Shown here one piece after another: positions 1 through 13,343 of a stretch of 64,000 bases of DNA; the stretch's first letter is position 1; every line of letters starts with the position of its first letter. A program made the translations under genes and the position numbers. The DNA is taken from positions 110,796,001-110,860,000 of the forward strand of contig NC_087436.1 in assembly GCF_036321535.1 (NCBI RefSeq), written 5' to 3'. The notes beneath the pieces were generated by a model that was not told where the DNA came from, searched no databases, and saw nothing but the letters and a program-made list of their open reading frames with translations. Source of the stretch: Camelus dromedarius (Eukaryota).

Positions 1-29
1 GTAGTGATAAAAATAAAGTAAGTGCTTAA

Positions 30-435
30 CTATTTTTCAAAAACTCCAATAAGAATTTTGGTGGGGTTTTTTTCCCAAATAAATGCTGACCTTTTTATAC
101 AATTTATTCTTAATTTTCTATAGATTTTATTACTACTAAAGATAAGATATTTCCCCATTCTCTGTTCTAGTTGCTTATTACTAGGCCAATGAAAACCAAT
201 TATGTTATGTTTTAATCTTATATTCAGGCAAATTACCATATTCTCTTACTATGTAAAATATTGTTAGGAGATCCATAGAGTTTTTTAGATAAACAAACTA
301 AACATCAGCAAATGGAGAGAGCTTTGTCTCCTTTTTACCTATATTTAAATCACTTAATTCCTTTTCATTTTCATAGTGCATTCTCTATAACATTTAAGAA
401 AATATTTAATAAGAACGGCAAGGTTTCCCACTTAT
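30..435 (-). mobile_element. Ancient degenerate LINE-1 (L1M-type) ORF2 fragment
   Basis: T-rich text resembling the antisense strand of the L1 ORF2 RT region (e.g. AAACATCAGCAAATGGAGAGAGCTTTGTCTCC...AATATTTAATAAGAACGG). Heavily diverged. Confidence 0.5.
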
Positions 436-654
436 ACCCGTGAATAGTGCAGACACCAGAGTCGTCATCATGCTTTAAAGAACTACACAACTACAACAAA
501 ATACAGGAAAGAACTGTTTTCGGTAAATAGACAATAAACATGGCAGGACCATCATCACTGAGAGAAGGGAAAGAGAGGAAGACAGCCCAATGACAAACAG
601 ACACGAAGCTCAAAAACAGAGTGCTAGCGACCAAAGTGCGACACTAAACAGTAC

Positions 655-910
655 ACAGCATATGTGCTCTAGAAACCTAATCTACGACGACAGAGAGCAG
701 ATCAGTGGTGATTTGAGGCCACAAACGTGAAGATGGGAGCTGGCTGGAAGGGAACACAAGGGAATCTTTTGAGTTGAAGGAAATACTCTATATTTTGATT
801 GTGGTGATGGTTACCCAAATGTACATATTTGTCAAAATTCATCTATCTTTGGACTTAAAAATGGGTACAATTTTTTTCATGTACATTACACATCAGAAAA
901 GTTTATTTGG
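655..910 (+). mobile_element. L1MC/L1MD-like 3' end
   Basis: Resembles old L1 3' UTR motifs: GACAGAGAGCAGATCAGTGGT..., TATTTTGATTGTGGTGATGGTTAC..., CATATTTGTCAAAATTCATC. Confidence 0.7.
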
Positions 911-1018
911 AAACATGAGAATGGTGAAACGAAGAATAAGCATTCTCTCCCAGTAATTTATTTTTTCACAAGAAATTGTCTATGTTCTCTAGATTTTCAT
1001 TTTCTTGTCATAGGACTA

Positions 1019-1462
1019 TATCTGAAATCGGGCTTCTTTGAAACAGACTCTGAAATGGAGATTTGTGTAAAGGGGGCTTCCTGGGATGTGTGCTCGGGAA
1101 AAGCACCCATAAGGAAGCATGGGAGGTGTGACTGAGCAGAGGAAGCAGTTGAACTATGAAGCAACAGCCGCAGTGGCTATCCCACTGGGAGCTAAGGTCC
1201 TACAGAGCTGTCCCAAAATGAGACAAGAGGATACTGATTTCATATTTCTGTTATCAGCCAGTTTTGAGATGTAAGCTGTTACCAATACATACTGGGCCAT
1301 GTACGCTGGATGGGAACTTGGACAAGACAGTGCCCTAAGCTAAAAGCAATTCCTGGCGAGGGATACAGCCATGAACCATCAGCCACCAACATTGCCCACA
1401 ATGAGATGAGTCTTCCAGTCCTGAAGAGGATACCTGGGCAACACACCACAGTGCCCACTAGA
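1019..1462 (-). mobile_element. Solo ERVL LTR, LTR16-like
   Basis: AAACAGACTCTGAAATGGAGATTTGTGT...GGCAACACACCACAGTGCCCACTA matches the reverse complement of an LTR16-family LTR. It is similar to the copy at 48483-48903 and interrupts an old L1. Confidence 0.75.
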
Positions 1463-2500
1463 GGTTGTGTGCAGTATTCACAGATGGTTCTCTTCACCTC
1501 TCTCATCTTTGCGTGTATCTCCTTTCTCTTTAATATTTGATCTCTCCTTTCCCCCAGACTTAATGTGGGTTCATCTATTTTTAGTGGACATTTTAGCAAT
1601 CAGCTCTTGCATTGATTCATTATTTCTACTATGTTTATTTTTATTTTATTTAATTCAACTTTTACCTTGATTAATTCCTTCTTCCTAGTTAATTTTTGTT
1701 TTGTATTCTATTAATTTCTTAAAATAAGTATCCATATTTTTTCTTTCTTCTTTAACGGTGAAGACATATTAGAGGCATTAAAACTCCAAAATGTTCTCTG
1801 TATATATAGCTCCATGTCCCATAGGTTTTGCTACTAAGTATTTTTTATAGTTTATAACCCTCTTAAAATCCTTTTTCTTCCAAGTTTATGTAGTGGAGTT
1901 TTTCATAATTTCCAAAAAGATAATATTTTTGTCACCTGTTTATTATTTATTTTAATTTGTATTGAATTTATCAGAAAATACACCTTATGAAGTTTCTAGT
2001 TTTTATTTTGAAGGTTTAATTTATGGTCAAGTAAATGATTGATTTTTGTAAATATTTCATGGACAAATGAATATAAATATATTACCCTCATAAATTACTG
2101 CATTTACATAATGTCCCTTGTTATTTTATTCAGTGCATTTAACCTTGAATTCCCCTGTCATAACATAAAGCTGCCATGACTGCTTTCTTTTTGTTTGCAT
2201 TTTCCTTTTGATTTTGTATCTCTCTGACCCACTTTAATTTTCTCTTTCTTCATCACTTTCTTAAGTATAAAGATATGTAGACATAGATGTAGATTTTTAA
2301 GGAATATAGCTCAGTTTTGTGTTTTAACCCAATTGAAAATGTTTGCCCTTTAAAAGGGAAAACTCAGTTTGCTCATATTCTGTATGATTTGATTTCTTCT
2401 TTTCATGATAATTTAGTTTATTTTGCATTATTATTTCCTCATTCTCTTTCATGTTTAATGATTTAATCGAATTGCTATTCTATTTTTCTCCTTCTTAATT
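1463..2500 (-). mobile_element. Ancient L1ME-type ORF2 fragment (antisense)
   Basis: Very T-rich, with L1 antisense motifs (TCCCATAGGTTTTG, GATTTTTGTAAATATTTCATGGAC, CTGCTTTCTTTTTGTTTGCATTT). Continues the L1-like text at about 960-1015. Confidence 0.65.
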
Positions 2501-3595
2501 TGGAAGTTCTATTATTTTGCATTTCACAGTGACCACCTTCTTTGTCCCTATTCTCATAATCACAAAATCCTCTGTTCTTTTAAGAAAACAAGATACCAAC
2601 TATTTTCTCCACCAAGACAATTTATTTCCTCCCTTTGATCCACCCTAATAAGAAGAGCTATTTTCTCCTCTTCCTTCACCACAGGATCCTAGTTTTGCTG
2701 AAATAGATTATTGCTTTTAGTTCTACATTATTATTTGATTTTTCCTTACAGTAAATCAGTATGTATCTTTCCTTTTAAGACCCCAAGTTTAGCACTTACA
2801 TTACATATTCTCAATCTGTTTTATCCTCTTGAACCTAATTTTTAGAGAGAAAGAGAAACTGAGATTGATTCTGCACCCATGCTCATTGTCTCCTTATCTT
2901 CACTTGCCTTAAAGTATTGGTTATTTTCTCATCAACTCACTCTAAAACCCAGTGATCCCTTTCAGGTGTTGATTTGTTTCATTGCTTCTCTTCTGAAATG
3001 TCTTTGCAAGTCCCATAGATCTATCCTTAAGTCCCTTATTGTTTCCCTCTTGTTTTGCTTTTTTATTTTTTAACTTTGTGCTTTGAGGTAATTCTTGCAC
3101 TTATAAATTTTATCTCATCAGTAACAATCTCCTCCTTCAATTCTTCTGCAGAATTGTGTACATAGGAACTCATGGGCACTTTTGTTGTTTTGGTAGGGGG
3201 GGTTGTTGGTGGTGATGGTGTCATTGCATGACATTATGTGTGTGTGCTGCATTTGAATATCATCCAGTGTTTCATTATTTTTTATTTATCTTGTCATCGA
3301 GATTTTTTCAGGCACATGTTCTGTTTGCAAATCTCACTGGTCTTCCTTTGTGACTGCTGGATTCTTAAAATGCCTCTCTCTAGAGTTTTTCTTTTCCTCT
3401 TGGATATTTCAGGCAAATGTAGATATAGCCAGCATTGTTGAAAAAAAGGGAAATTGAAGCTAAAAATACTCCACTCTCCCTGCCTCCCACCTAGAGGACT
3501 AGAGTTATCCTACCATAGCTTTGGAGGCAATAGATGACTGAACAAAGGAAAAATCCCTTTAATAATTAGCTAAAGACTATTCAGGCAGCATTTGC

Positions 3596-3598
<3 letters not shown>

Positions 3599-3628
<30 letters not shown>
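3599..3628. repeat. (CA)n microsatellite
   Basis: About 15 perfect CA units seen directly. Confidence 0.97.
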
Positions 3629-3633
<5 letters not shown>

Positions 3634-4189
3634 CAGATGTAGCTGAGAATCTGTTTATACAGAAAGGTGGAAGAATCCAAAAGAGTGTCAGAGACACCAG
3701 AGGTGAGGAAAAGATTACACTGGAGGTATAGAAGGGGACATTGGGAAGATGAAAGGTTAAAAAGATGAGATATCATCCCCATGGGATATCCTAAACCATG
3801 AGATCTTTTCTTAATACCCCCTGACATGCCCCTCCTCTATGAGCTAAGGTACAACAAAAAGATTAGTTAGGTAAAGCCACAATTCCTCGTCCTTGAAATT
3901 CATTGTAGGTACTCATATGCTTCCTTTACTAAAAGAGCTTAAACCCATACCATACTTCAGTTATGCTCAGTCCGTGGGAGAACAGTGTCAGGAGTGCCTC
4001 CTGCTCTGTAGCACCTGGTTAAGAACTTGCCCTCCCCGTGTGGAGAGAAGTGCTCCAGGGATTACAGACCCCCCGATGACTCTCCAAACCATGAGTAACC
4101 ATGAGAAATAGTCCCTTGATCTCCATTTCACCAAGGACAGCAAAGAACAGCTACTGGGAAGTATAAAGAAAGGGCTCAGGTTATTATGC

Positions 4190-4390
4190 TAGTAATAGTA
4201 GTGATAATTGTTACTATCCACTGAACTCCTGCCTATATGCCAGTGATCATGCGTGCATTGCCTGACTGAATCCTCCAAGCACCTTGCAAGGTAGGTGAAG
4301 GTTAGGAACATAAAGTAACACTTCCAAGACCTGAAGCAATTAGGTGCTGGAGCTGAAATCCAGCCTGAGGACTGCCAGCCTCCAATGCCC
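4190..4390 (-). mobile_element. MIR SINE remnant
   Basis: MIR antisense motifs: CACTGAACTCCTGCCTATATGCCAG...GAATCCTCCAAGCACCTTGCAAGGTAGGT. Confidence 0.6.
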
Positions 4391-4884
4391 CCAGTTCTTT
4401 CCAGATGACCCCACTAACTGTCACAAAATGAACAGCATATACAAAACACTCTACATAAATCAGGTGTCACTGAAATGCATCCAATATGTGAACACGAATA
4501 GCAACTTCCTGTCAAACTTGCCATGCTGTTGGGCTTTCGCCTCTCTGCTGGGAAACTTCCCATTCCAAAAGCAGAACCAAATCTTGGAAGATAGAATCAG
4601 GTCCTCCAAAAAACAGGAACCCCACAAGGTCTGCCTTGTTCATATACCCAGGAATAACCCTTTTTCCCAGAAGACTGGAGAAACCATTGCAGAGGGAGGG
4701 AGGGAAAGGGTAATAGATGGGAAAGCTATCAGTGGAGACAAGCCGCCAGGTTGCCTCTAGCTGGCTCCGCACAGGTCTGAGTGCGGCAAGACTGATCCCG
4801 AAGCAGAGGACACTGCTCCCTCAGCCCAGGTGTTTGGACTGTCACTATCTCACCCTAAAATACACAGTGAAATGTAGTAAATAA

Positions 4885-5060
4885 TCAGAACTTGACAGAT
4901 GTAGGTTTGAATCCAGGCTATGCTCTTACAAACTGTGTTCCTTAACCTATCTGAGCCTCAAGTTCTTCCTTATATAAGTATGGGTCAAAAGACCACCCCA
5001 TCGAGTTGAAAAAAGTATATAAAATAACTTGAGCAGATGTTTAATAAATGATAGTTATCC
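4885..5060 (+). mobile_element. MIR SINE remnant
   Basis: GGTTTGAATCCAGGCT...TTAACCTATCTGAGCCTCAAGTTC...AATAAATGATAGTTAT. Confidence 0.7.
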
Positions 5061-5959
5061 TTCCTTTTGGCACATGGGACTTTAGAACACTATGTACAAA
5101 ATCATTTCTTCAGAAAACAAGCCCTGTAGCATTCTGCTGTTGGAGCGGTGAGATAGGCTGAGGGACATTTTGTAGTTAACTAAGGTTAGGGAAGAGCATA
5201 TGCTTCCTCCCTCCTTTAAATTCACAATGAGCATTCTTGTTTTAAAGGCTTAGGAAATTCTCACTATATTAAAAAATCTTACCTAAGTTCATTTGGCCAC
5301 TAAAACGTTTTATGGTTTTGTAACACCAAGTTACATCCAGAGAACACATTTTGAGAAAAACAATATTTTTAAAGGAGATTTCCATTCCTTTATACAAATG
5401 GCACAAAGTGTCTGAAAGAAATTAATTCTTTCATTATATTTATATTATCTTTATCTCAGGCACCTAAAAATACCCAGAGATAAACTGACAGCTATTGAGA
5501 CAGGCAGGCACATCTGATCCTCATATTACAGTATCGCAGCTGCCAAGAGACATGATTTGATCCAAGAAAGATTGAAAGCAATAATCAGAAGCCATGAAAA
5601 AGCAGTGCAGAGCATTTCTTAAACTGAGAAAGACAGTGAAATATACACCAGCCTCTCAAGAGACAATGACAGGCAAAGCCTCTTGTCCTCCAAGTCCCTA
5701 GTTTGTTTTCACAGCCACCACCCCATTCTGCTCTCAAGAGAGCCACGGCAGCACATGTGTAGGAAAGAGCACCAGGCCTGAAAACCAAATACTGGAATTC
5801 AAGCTCGGGTGCTGCCATGAATAAGGTATTTATTCTCATTAGGTCCAGGCTCCTTAGTTATGAAATAGAGCTAATGTTATCTTGAGTAGAAAAACAATAT
5901 AGTGTAGTCAATTAATGTTGCATTTAACTGAAGCATTTGGAAGATGGGTACGTATGGCA

Positions 5960-6135
5960 TTTTAGAATCTCAAGGGCCTTAAAGTTTATCTATTACAAGC
6001 TTCTAATTTTACAGATGGTGAAATTAAAGCCCAGAGACTGTAATGATTTGCCCAGGGTCACACAGTTCATTAGTGACACAGCTAAGGCTGCACCTTGGGT
6101 CTTCTGACTTGTAATCCAGAGGTGTTCCCACTACA
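5960..6135 (-). mobile_element. MIR SINE remnant (core)
   Basis: ATTTTACAGATGGTGAAATTAAAGCCCAGAGA...TTGCCCAGGGTCACACAG, the MIR core in antisense. Confidence 0.8.
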
Positions 6136-7129
6136 CCTCAAAGATCAGATTCATCTTCAATTCTGTCTAACATCAAATGAGCATAAAATTAAGATGAATG
6201 TAGCAATGGATCTCATAAGTAAATATGAAACCCTCTTATCTAATGTATTCAGGCAAAGAGGAAATTCTGGTTAATCAAAGAATCTCTCTCACGGAAATTA
6301 AAAAAATTCTCCCCACAAAAAGGTCAGGGAGCCCTGATATACACCACATATAGATTAATGACTTTCAAATCATGTGAAAGCAATACAGTTCACCTTTGAA
6401 ACCAGGCAGGACATAATTTCCTCTGTCTTTGATGACTTTGGGTTTTCCTATTGCCTTAAGGCAACCACGATGAATATCAATCATCAGCATACTGAGGGCA
6501 TCAACTTATAGCCCTGCTCTGAGATCACACTGCATGTTCAGGACTGGTTAATAGAGCTCTGGGTTAATGGAAATCCAGGTAGCAGAAGAGGAACTGTATA
6601 CAGATTTATGACCAGTTTCCAGGAACTCAATAATTTAGAAGGTTTTGCACCTTTACTCTTTTTTATTTAAGATAGTCTATTGTTTAATATTTTACTAATT
6701 TTAGAATTAAAAGTCAGTATTGTAAAACAGAAGAACAGCATAGTTTACAGAACCTCAAGACTTGAATGAAATTTGGAAATCAACAATTCCCATTTATCCT
6801 TTAAAAGATAAGGAAGAAGAGGCTCAAGAGGTGACCTGACTTACCTGGAGGCAGAGTAGGAACTAGAACCCAAGACTCCCAACTCCCTGCCCAGAGCTCT
6901 TTGCCACTTTGCATTTGATTTTTCAGTTTTCAGTCAGCAGAGTCCAAGCGCCACTACCTGGGATTAAGGGTAGAGCATTCAAGGGAATACATTTAGCTTA
7001 CAGATGCCACAGAGACCACGGAGCAGTGTCTGCTCCAAAGAGTGAAATTCTCCCACCTGGTTACTACTAACCTGCTCCTGAATGTGTCTAATCCACCCCA
7101 CGCATGCCCAGAAAGTCACAAGCTCCTTC

Positions 7130-7985
7130 TGACTGGGCGCTACCATCCCACCTGGGTGGTCTGAAATCCTTTCACACTCAATAAGTACAGTACTGAACTT
7201 ACTGTCTTCTAAATCTGAACTGCTTCCTGCAGTCCCCATCTCAGCTGGTGGCAAAACCATCAACCCATAACCCAAGCTAGAAACCTGAAATTCAACCAAA
7301 ACTCTTCCCTCTTGCAAGGCTGCTGGATTTTCAACCCAGGTTATCTCTTGATTCTTTTTTTAACTTCAGTCTCAACTACCACAGCCATAGTTCAGATTCC
7401 CACCAACTCATATGAGTTACTACAGTGGTATTTCTCCTGACATAGCTGCCAACAACTCCACCCCAACCTCAACCACTACCTGCTTGCAATCCTTTCATGT
7501 TTTCATTCAGGATAAAATTTTCTTAACATGTTCCTTTTATGCTTCCACACACACATATCCACACACACACTGTTATGCTCCAGGAACACCAAGCTGGTTG
7601 TACTATACCATGCTATTTCTTGTTTTTGTAACTTTGATTATGGTAGTCTCTCTACCCAAATGCCCTTCTTTTTCCATCTTCAGCAGATGTCTTTAACCTG
7701 AGTTATTTTCTGTTCATGCTCCAAGACTGGAGAAGTCACCCTTTGTAGGAAGCCTTCCCTGACAAGGATGTATTAAGTACCCCTCCTCTGTTCTTCCATT
7801 GTACCCTGTATTTAATTCTCTCATTGCACCTGCTACATCACTGTATAATACCCATTAAGGAGTATGTTTTCTCATTGTGCTATGAGTAACTTGGCAGCAA
7901 GAGCAAGACTCTGTCTTATTCCTCTTTTGCATCTCCAGTATCCAATACGCTTAGCAGGTTCTTAATATACGGTGAGTTAACAAAC
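7130..7985 (+). mobile_element. LINE-2 3' fragment
   Basis: L2 motifs: CCCCATCTCAGCTGGTGGCAAAACCATCAACCCATAACCCAAGCTAGAAACCTG, GGAAGCCTTCCCTGAC, and an L2-type 3' end (TGTCTTATTCCTCTTTTGCATCTCCAG). Confidence 0.75.
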
Positions 7986-8304
7986 AAGCAAGCTAATTAA
8001 CCGGTGGATCTTCCCTGACCTTTTTTAGTTAAGTTTACACTGTAACATCTGTACCCTCCATGGGTCTATCCTGGGTACAGAAAGATTGACAATGAAAAGG
8101 GCTAAAAGAATCAGCCATGCAGTGATCAAAGAATCAGGCAGGGCTGGTGAACAGACACATCATTTCTTTCATACTGAAAATGAGGTATGGGTTTTGGTTT
8201 TTTGGGGTTTTTGTTTTTTGTTTTTTGTTTTTTTTGTCTTTCAGATGCTGGAAACTACAAATGCAACTGAATCACAAAAATATCACTTCAACAACAAGGA
8301 CTTA

Positions 8305-8515
8305 GGTTTATATAGTTGCTGAGCATTTGCAGATCACCTTCATGGGCATAACCTCATTCTATCTTCAGAGCAATTCTAAGAAGGCAGAGTCAATATTATC
8401 GTCATTTTACAGATAAGAAAACTGAGACTTCAAAAAATTTTTAAGCACACCAAAGTCCAAATTAGTTCATTAAAGGCTCAAATACCATTATTATTACTCT
8501 TAGTCCTCTCACCAT
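8305..8515 (-). mobile_element. MIR SINE remnant
   Basis: CATTTTACAGATAAGAAAACTGAGACTT core. Confidence 0.7.
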
Positions 8516-9029
8516 GTCGCCTCAAAAATTTTTTTTCAAAATGAAAATCAAAATAATCTTATCTCTGAATTTTGACCTTGACTTCATGTCTGTGAAGCTC
8601 AGGAGAGCTGTGCACTGCCTGCATATTTGCTGACCACCCACCCTCATCCTAAGACTGCCTGCCTTTCCTTCTCGGAAGGGATGAACACGGCTTCCTGCAG
8701 GACCCAGTAGCAGAAGCTGCCCTGGAGCAGCCTGAGGAGCTGCCTGACCCTCTCCCTATCCATGGTTGCTTAGAAGCAAGAGAGCAAATTAGTATCCAAA
8801 CAGTCTCCTTAGATGGAAAGCATAATTCATACAACAGGTCAAATTCTATCTAACCAACGTCACTAAACAGAAATTCTCGAGTGATAAAGAGATTCTCAGG
8901 CTTCAGCCATGAACCATTTATTAAAAAGCAGCCTTGAAGTGACAAAGTTCCAAATATGTGCTCAAGTGCATGCACACACATACACACACAGAGTCTTACT
9001 TTTTTTTTAGTTGTTTTGTGCTGTGTTCT

Positions 9030-9665
9030 TATTAGCTTTTTAATGTGTTAACTCATTAATCCCCATAATATGCCTGCAAGACAGTCTAAACACCTCCATT
9101 TATAGCTGAGGAAATTGACTTGGGAGAGCTGCAGTGGCTTAGGTTAAATGACTAGCTGTATACTTAGTGGTTATGAAGACATGCCAAGTTAAATTACTTA
9201 ATCAAGCCCCAGCTTTGCCACTTGCTTATTCTGTGTGAGTTACTTGATCTCTCTGGCCTCAGTTTCCTCTTCTGTGAAATGGACTTAATAATGATAACTT
9301 TCCTCATATGGCTCTGCTATTTTTTAGGACCCATCTGTCCTTCAGGCAGTGGATGAAAAGGAGAGTATGTGAAGAAAACACATGATCTCTTATCATCTCA
9401 ATCCAGAGGTGACTCGCATCACTTGTATTCCCACTCCATTCCTAAGAACTAGTCATATACCTGCTCCCACAAGCAAGTGGGCTGGGAAATAAGGTCTTGT
9501 GGTATTTCAGAGAAGGAGAAAACACAACACTGAATCCTGGTGGAAAACCAGGCACCTCTGATGCAGCTTTTACAGAGCTTTATTGTAAGAACTAAATAAG
9601 ACAGTGCGTGTAAAGTACCTAGCACATTGTAAGCATGCAATAAATGTTAATTACAATTACTATTC
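9030..9665. mobile_element. Cluster of MIR fragments in both orientations, interrupted by a probable MaLR fragment (about 9330-9560)
   Basis: Antisense core GAGGAAATTGACTTGGGAGAG, then sense core CTCTCTGGCCTCAGTTTCCTCTTCTGTGAAATGG, then MIR tail GTAAAGTACCTAGCACATTGTAAGCATGCAATAAATGTT. Confidence 0.6.
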
Positions 9666-11229
9666 TTGACAGAGCCAAGAAACTTAGGGTTCCTGATGTC
9701 TCATCTATTGCTTTCTTTCTTTACCCTTTGAGTATATTACTTCTTTGAGCTTACTGTACTAACTGTGCACAGCCCTTGACTTCAAAGAAATCAACAAAAC
9801 TATAGGGGGATATTGAATGACTATCATAATTGAAAATATATATGAAAATCAATTTATAACAATTGGAGTTAGAAGCATTCTCTTATTAATTTAATTAATA
9901 GATATTTAATAAGTATCACAATGAGCCAAATACCTTTCAGTAGTTATCGTAAAGACAAATGAGTGTTTTGTGGTACAATTTTCCATTATTTCAATTATAC
10001 AACTGATACAACATAGCTGCCAGAATCCTTGGAGACGATACAATACACAGCATATCTTGATTGAGAGGGATGTGGCGGGGGAATCTGAGAACTGGTGTTA
10101 CCTGTACACCATTTGCCCAACAGGCTGCCTGAAAGCAAGTCTGACTATCAAACCTCTGTCCCAGCAGAACCAAAACATAAAGACATCAAACAAGTTAGAA
10201 ACATCCGATTCCTTAGATTCCTTTACAGGGCAAGAACCATCAGTCAGCATGCACTCAGTAATATGACAAGTTTCTAAATTGTTGGCAATCCAGAATAAAG
10301 AGTACATCTGACATGACAGTGCTGGACCTGCTTACCCTCTTGTCACTATTCTCTTGTTCTCTGAAATGTGCTCTCTGCTGATTCCTACAGCATTCAATCC
10401 AGGAGTCTCTCAAGGCAGTCAGATCCTTCTAGTTCAAGTAGCCATTATAGTAGAGCTTTGAAAACAAAAGGAGGAAAGAGATTATATGGCAAAGAGGGAG
10501 GTTCCCAAAGTGTTTATTTCTGCTTGCAGATGAGTAATGATGCCAAACATTCCATCTTTGCCTCTAAACATTTATTTCAGACCTACTATGCACATAGCAA
10601 GTTCAAGAAAACATTACTCCTACCCACTAATAGGGGTCATGCTTAAAATATAATTTAAATTTTTCTAGGTACCTCCCAAAGTTTAAAGTAGAAACACAAA
10701 ATAAACCTTCAAAACCGTCTGTCAATGGGATTGTCCCTGTCAGAAGTTCCCTGTCCCCTAAATAGCTCCCTCTCCCAGCCAACAGCAAGCTAAAGATGCC
10801 CTACCGAAAGCAGTCGCAGCTGGATTCCAGCCAACCTTCTCCCCAACTGTATCTTGTCCAGGTCCACTTAGCTCTGTCCTGGCGCCTCCAGACTCTTTCC
10901 TACTTCTTAGAAAGTGCTTTCCACTTCTTCTCACAGCCTGCGTAAATTTCAGTCTCAGCTCTCCTTTAGGTATCTCTGAATCGCATTTTCCTGCCTCACA
11001 TTTGATCTTCCTCAACATGCACACAGAACTGGCAGTCAAGACCTTCAACATCACTCCACAGTGGGTCTATTTCTCTAAAAGATGTGTCACCCAGATCATG
11101 CTATAGCCAGCTTTCCTTTTGTGAAAGACAGTCATTCTTGGAGACCCAACAAAATGTCCTTGAAAGGGTTGAAAGGTCTTGCTTCCTGTCACGGCCCCAT
11201 CATTGGCCAGCTAGTAGATAACCTCATCA

Positions 11230-11461
11230 CTTCATAATTTTTTGCCATATCCACAAGTCATCTGTCTGTATTTCATATTTTTCTTTAAATTTAATAAATT
11301 AAAATTTAAATTAAAAACTTTAATCACCATGTAATTGGAAATGTATCACTATCTAAGAACACTAAAAGTGAAGTTACAACTATTAAACTAATTTTATCTA
11401 TGAATCTCCTAATATAATGTCATATATTACCACTGTTACACACAACATTTTGGGAAACCTC
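11230..11461. mobile_element. hAT-Charlie DNA transposon remnant (MER113-like)
   Basis: Ends in ...TACCACTGTTACACACAACATTTTGGGAAACCT, resembling the MER113 terminus, with an AT-rich interior. Confidence 0.45.
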
Positions 11462-11584
11462 TCAGATGACTTTTCACATCATCTCACCTTTATGATTATG
11501 GAACTCTCTCATATACATTTAAAAAACTAGCAAATGCAGCGATGGTTTGGATGTCTTCCATGGAACTGAACCCGCAGGAAGCCT

Positions 11585-12319
11585 TGTACTGCAGCTGATG
11601 TTCAGTGCAATCTGACCCCTGCCGAGGGCCTGGTACTCCTTGTGTTCGTCAACATCAAGGTCTTTTTGCATCTGCTTTGAGGTAGCACCTGAGCTGACAT
11701 TACTGACGTGCTCCCTCACCTCTCATAGGTAAGACTGGTGTGCCACCTGACCCTGTTGGATGCAGGGTGATCCTGGGACTCTGCCATGAGTCTATTCCCC
11801 TTGCACAGAGGTACATCAGGCACATCTAGGTACCCATTGTCTGGAGCTGCCTACTCAGCTTTTGGGGTGGCTATGAGAATGAACTTCACAGAGCCCCCAG
11901 TTTAGGGAGGGCTATGGCTGCTGAGCTCTGAACTTCTCAGCTCTGAACTTCTCAGCAGAGTTTGTGTGAGGCCATGCCTTGCATGAGTTGCCCCCAGCCA
12001 CAGACTGAGTGTGGCAGGGACATTAAGACAGACCCATCGCTGGCAGATACAGGATTCCTGCAAGGGTGAGCTTGGGCTCCAGGCTCCCTGATGGCTTTAT
12101 CCAACTTTCCTTTGACTGCATGACATTCTGGCACTCATCCGTCCAACGTTCCCCTTTTCTCTTCACGTCGGGTCATCCTTGCATAGCAGTCAGATGGCTC
12201 TCCCAGCCTTACCTGATCTCTCGTTATTTTCTCTCATTCAGGTGTTTTTCCTAATAAAATTCTTGTGTATTTAGTCCCATGTTGATGTCTGCTTCTTGAA
12301 GGACACCTGAGCTTACACA
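11585..12319 (+). mobile_element. Solo ERVL LTR (MER54/MER74-like)
   Basis: TG...CA ends, AATAAA at about 12253, and a 3' end GGTGTTTTTCCTAATAAAATTCTTG...GTCTGCTTCTTGAAGGACACCTGAGCTTACACA typical of this LTR group. GC-richer than its flanks. Confidence 0.7.
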
Positions 12320-12505
12320 GCTCCCCTCCTCTTTCTTGGTCTGGGTAGGAGACTTTGCTCAGCTGTGAGTTTATTATTTTCTAATTGGTTTACTGAATGA
12401 GCTAGAATCTAGAGAAATCAAGTTTATTCTCACCACTGTAGATCTGCACACCTCCCCCATTGTCCTATTTTTCTCCCGTATGCATAAAATCTTGGACATG
12501 GGTTC

Positions 12506-12949
12506 TATATCAGTTAAAATTAGGTTTTATTAGGAGAAACAGAACCCTGAAAATGAGTGGCTTAAATAAGATAGAAACTTATTTATAAATATCTCATATA
12601 AAATGAGCTTTGGAGTGAACTGTCCAGCGCTGGTATTGTCATGTTCCTCAGGGGGTCAGTTTCCTTCTAGTTCACTGCTCCCCAAAACCTAAAGTGTGAC
12701 ACCCCTTCATCTTTATGGTCCAAAAGGGCTGCTGGAGATCCACATTCTAAGGAGCAGGATAAAGGAAAAAGTAAGGAAAGGAATGCTTAGGAGGCTTAAC
12801 AGGTACCACACAACACTTCTGCTTGCAGCTTATTGTCCAGAAGGCTGTTTAGGGTAGCTTTTCTGGTAGGGCACAGCATGCCTAGCTGAAAATCCAGGTT
12901 TATTACAAGTAAGGAGGAGGGAAAAGAGGCAACTGGCAGTCTCTGCCAC
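12506..12949 (-). mobile_element. MaLR LTR (MLT1I/J-like)
   Basis: AGTGGCTTAAATAAGATAGAAACTTATT...GGCAGTCTCTGCCACA, the reverse complement of an MLT1 LTR. Confidence 0.7.
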
Positions 12950-13343
12950 AGCTTCCATAGCTCTTCCAGTAATTCAGTTGTTCTCCGGTCACAGGTAATA
13001 AAAGGTTTTGTCCACTGTAATATTAAAACTCCAAACTCTCCTCCCATTAAAGTCTCCCCTGCATGCACTGGAGAGTAAGGGGAGCTTCGCTTCTGTACTG
13101 CCTCACCTCCATTCCTCCTGCCCATTCATGAGACCACCCAGTGGCTCTCCAGTGTCACAGCTGGAGAAGAAAGAGAGATAGGGACAGAAGTTCCAACCTC
13201 ACTGGCACAGCTATAAATCTAGCACTGGGATTGTCTGTGCTTAGCGATTCCCAATGCTGATTTGTTCTCTAAGGGTGATTCTGTGGGCTCTACAGAGATA
13301 CCTAAGCCCTGCAGTGTTCTTATCTGCAGTTCCATTAACAAGA

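Noticed and set aside
4344..4760. 138-aa ORF
   Set aside because: It starts in a MIR, has no recognisable domain and no convincing exon structure; this length is compatible with chance.
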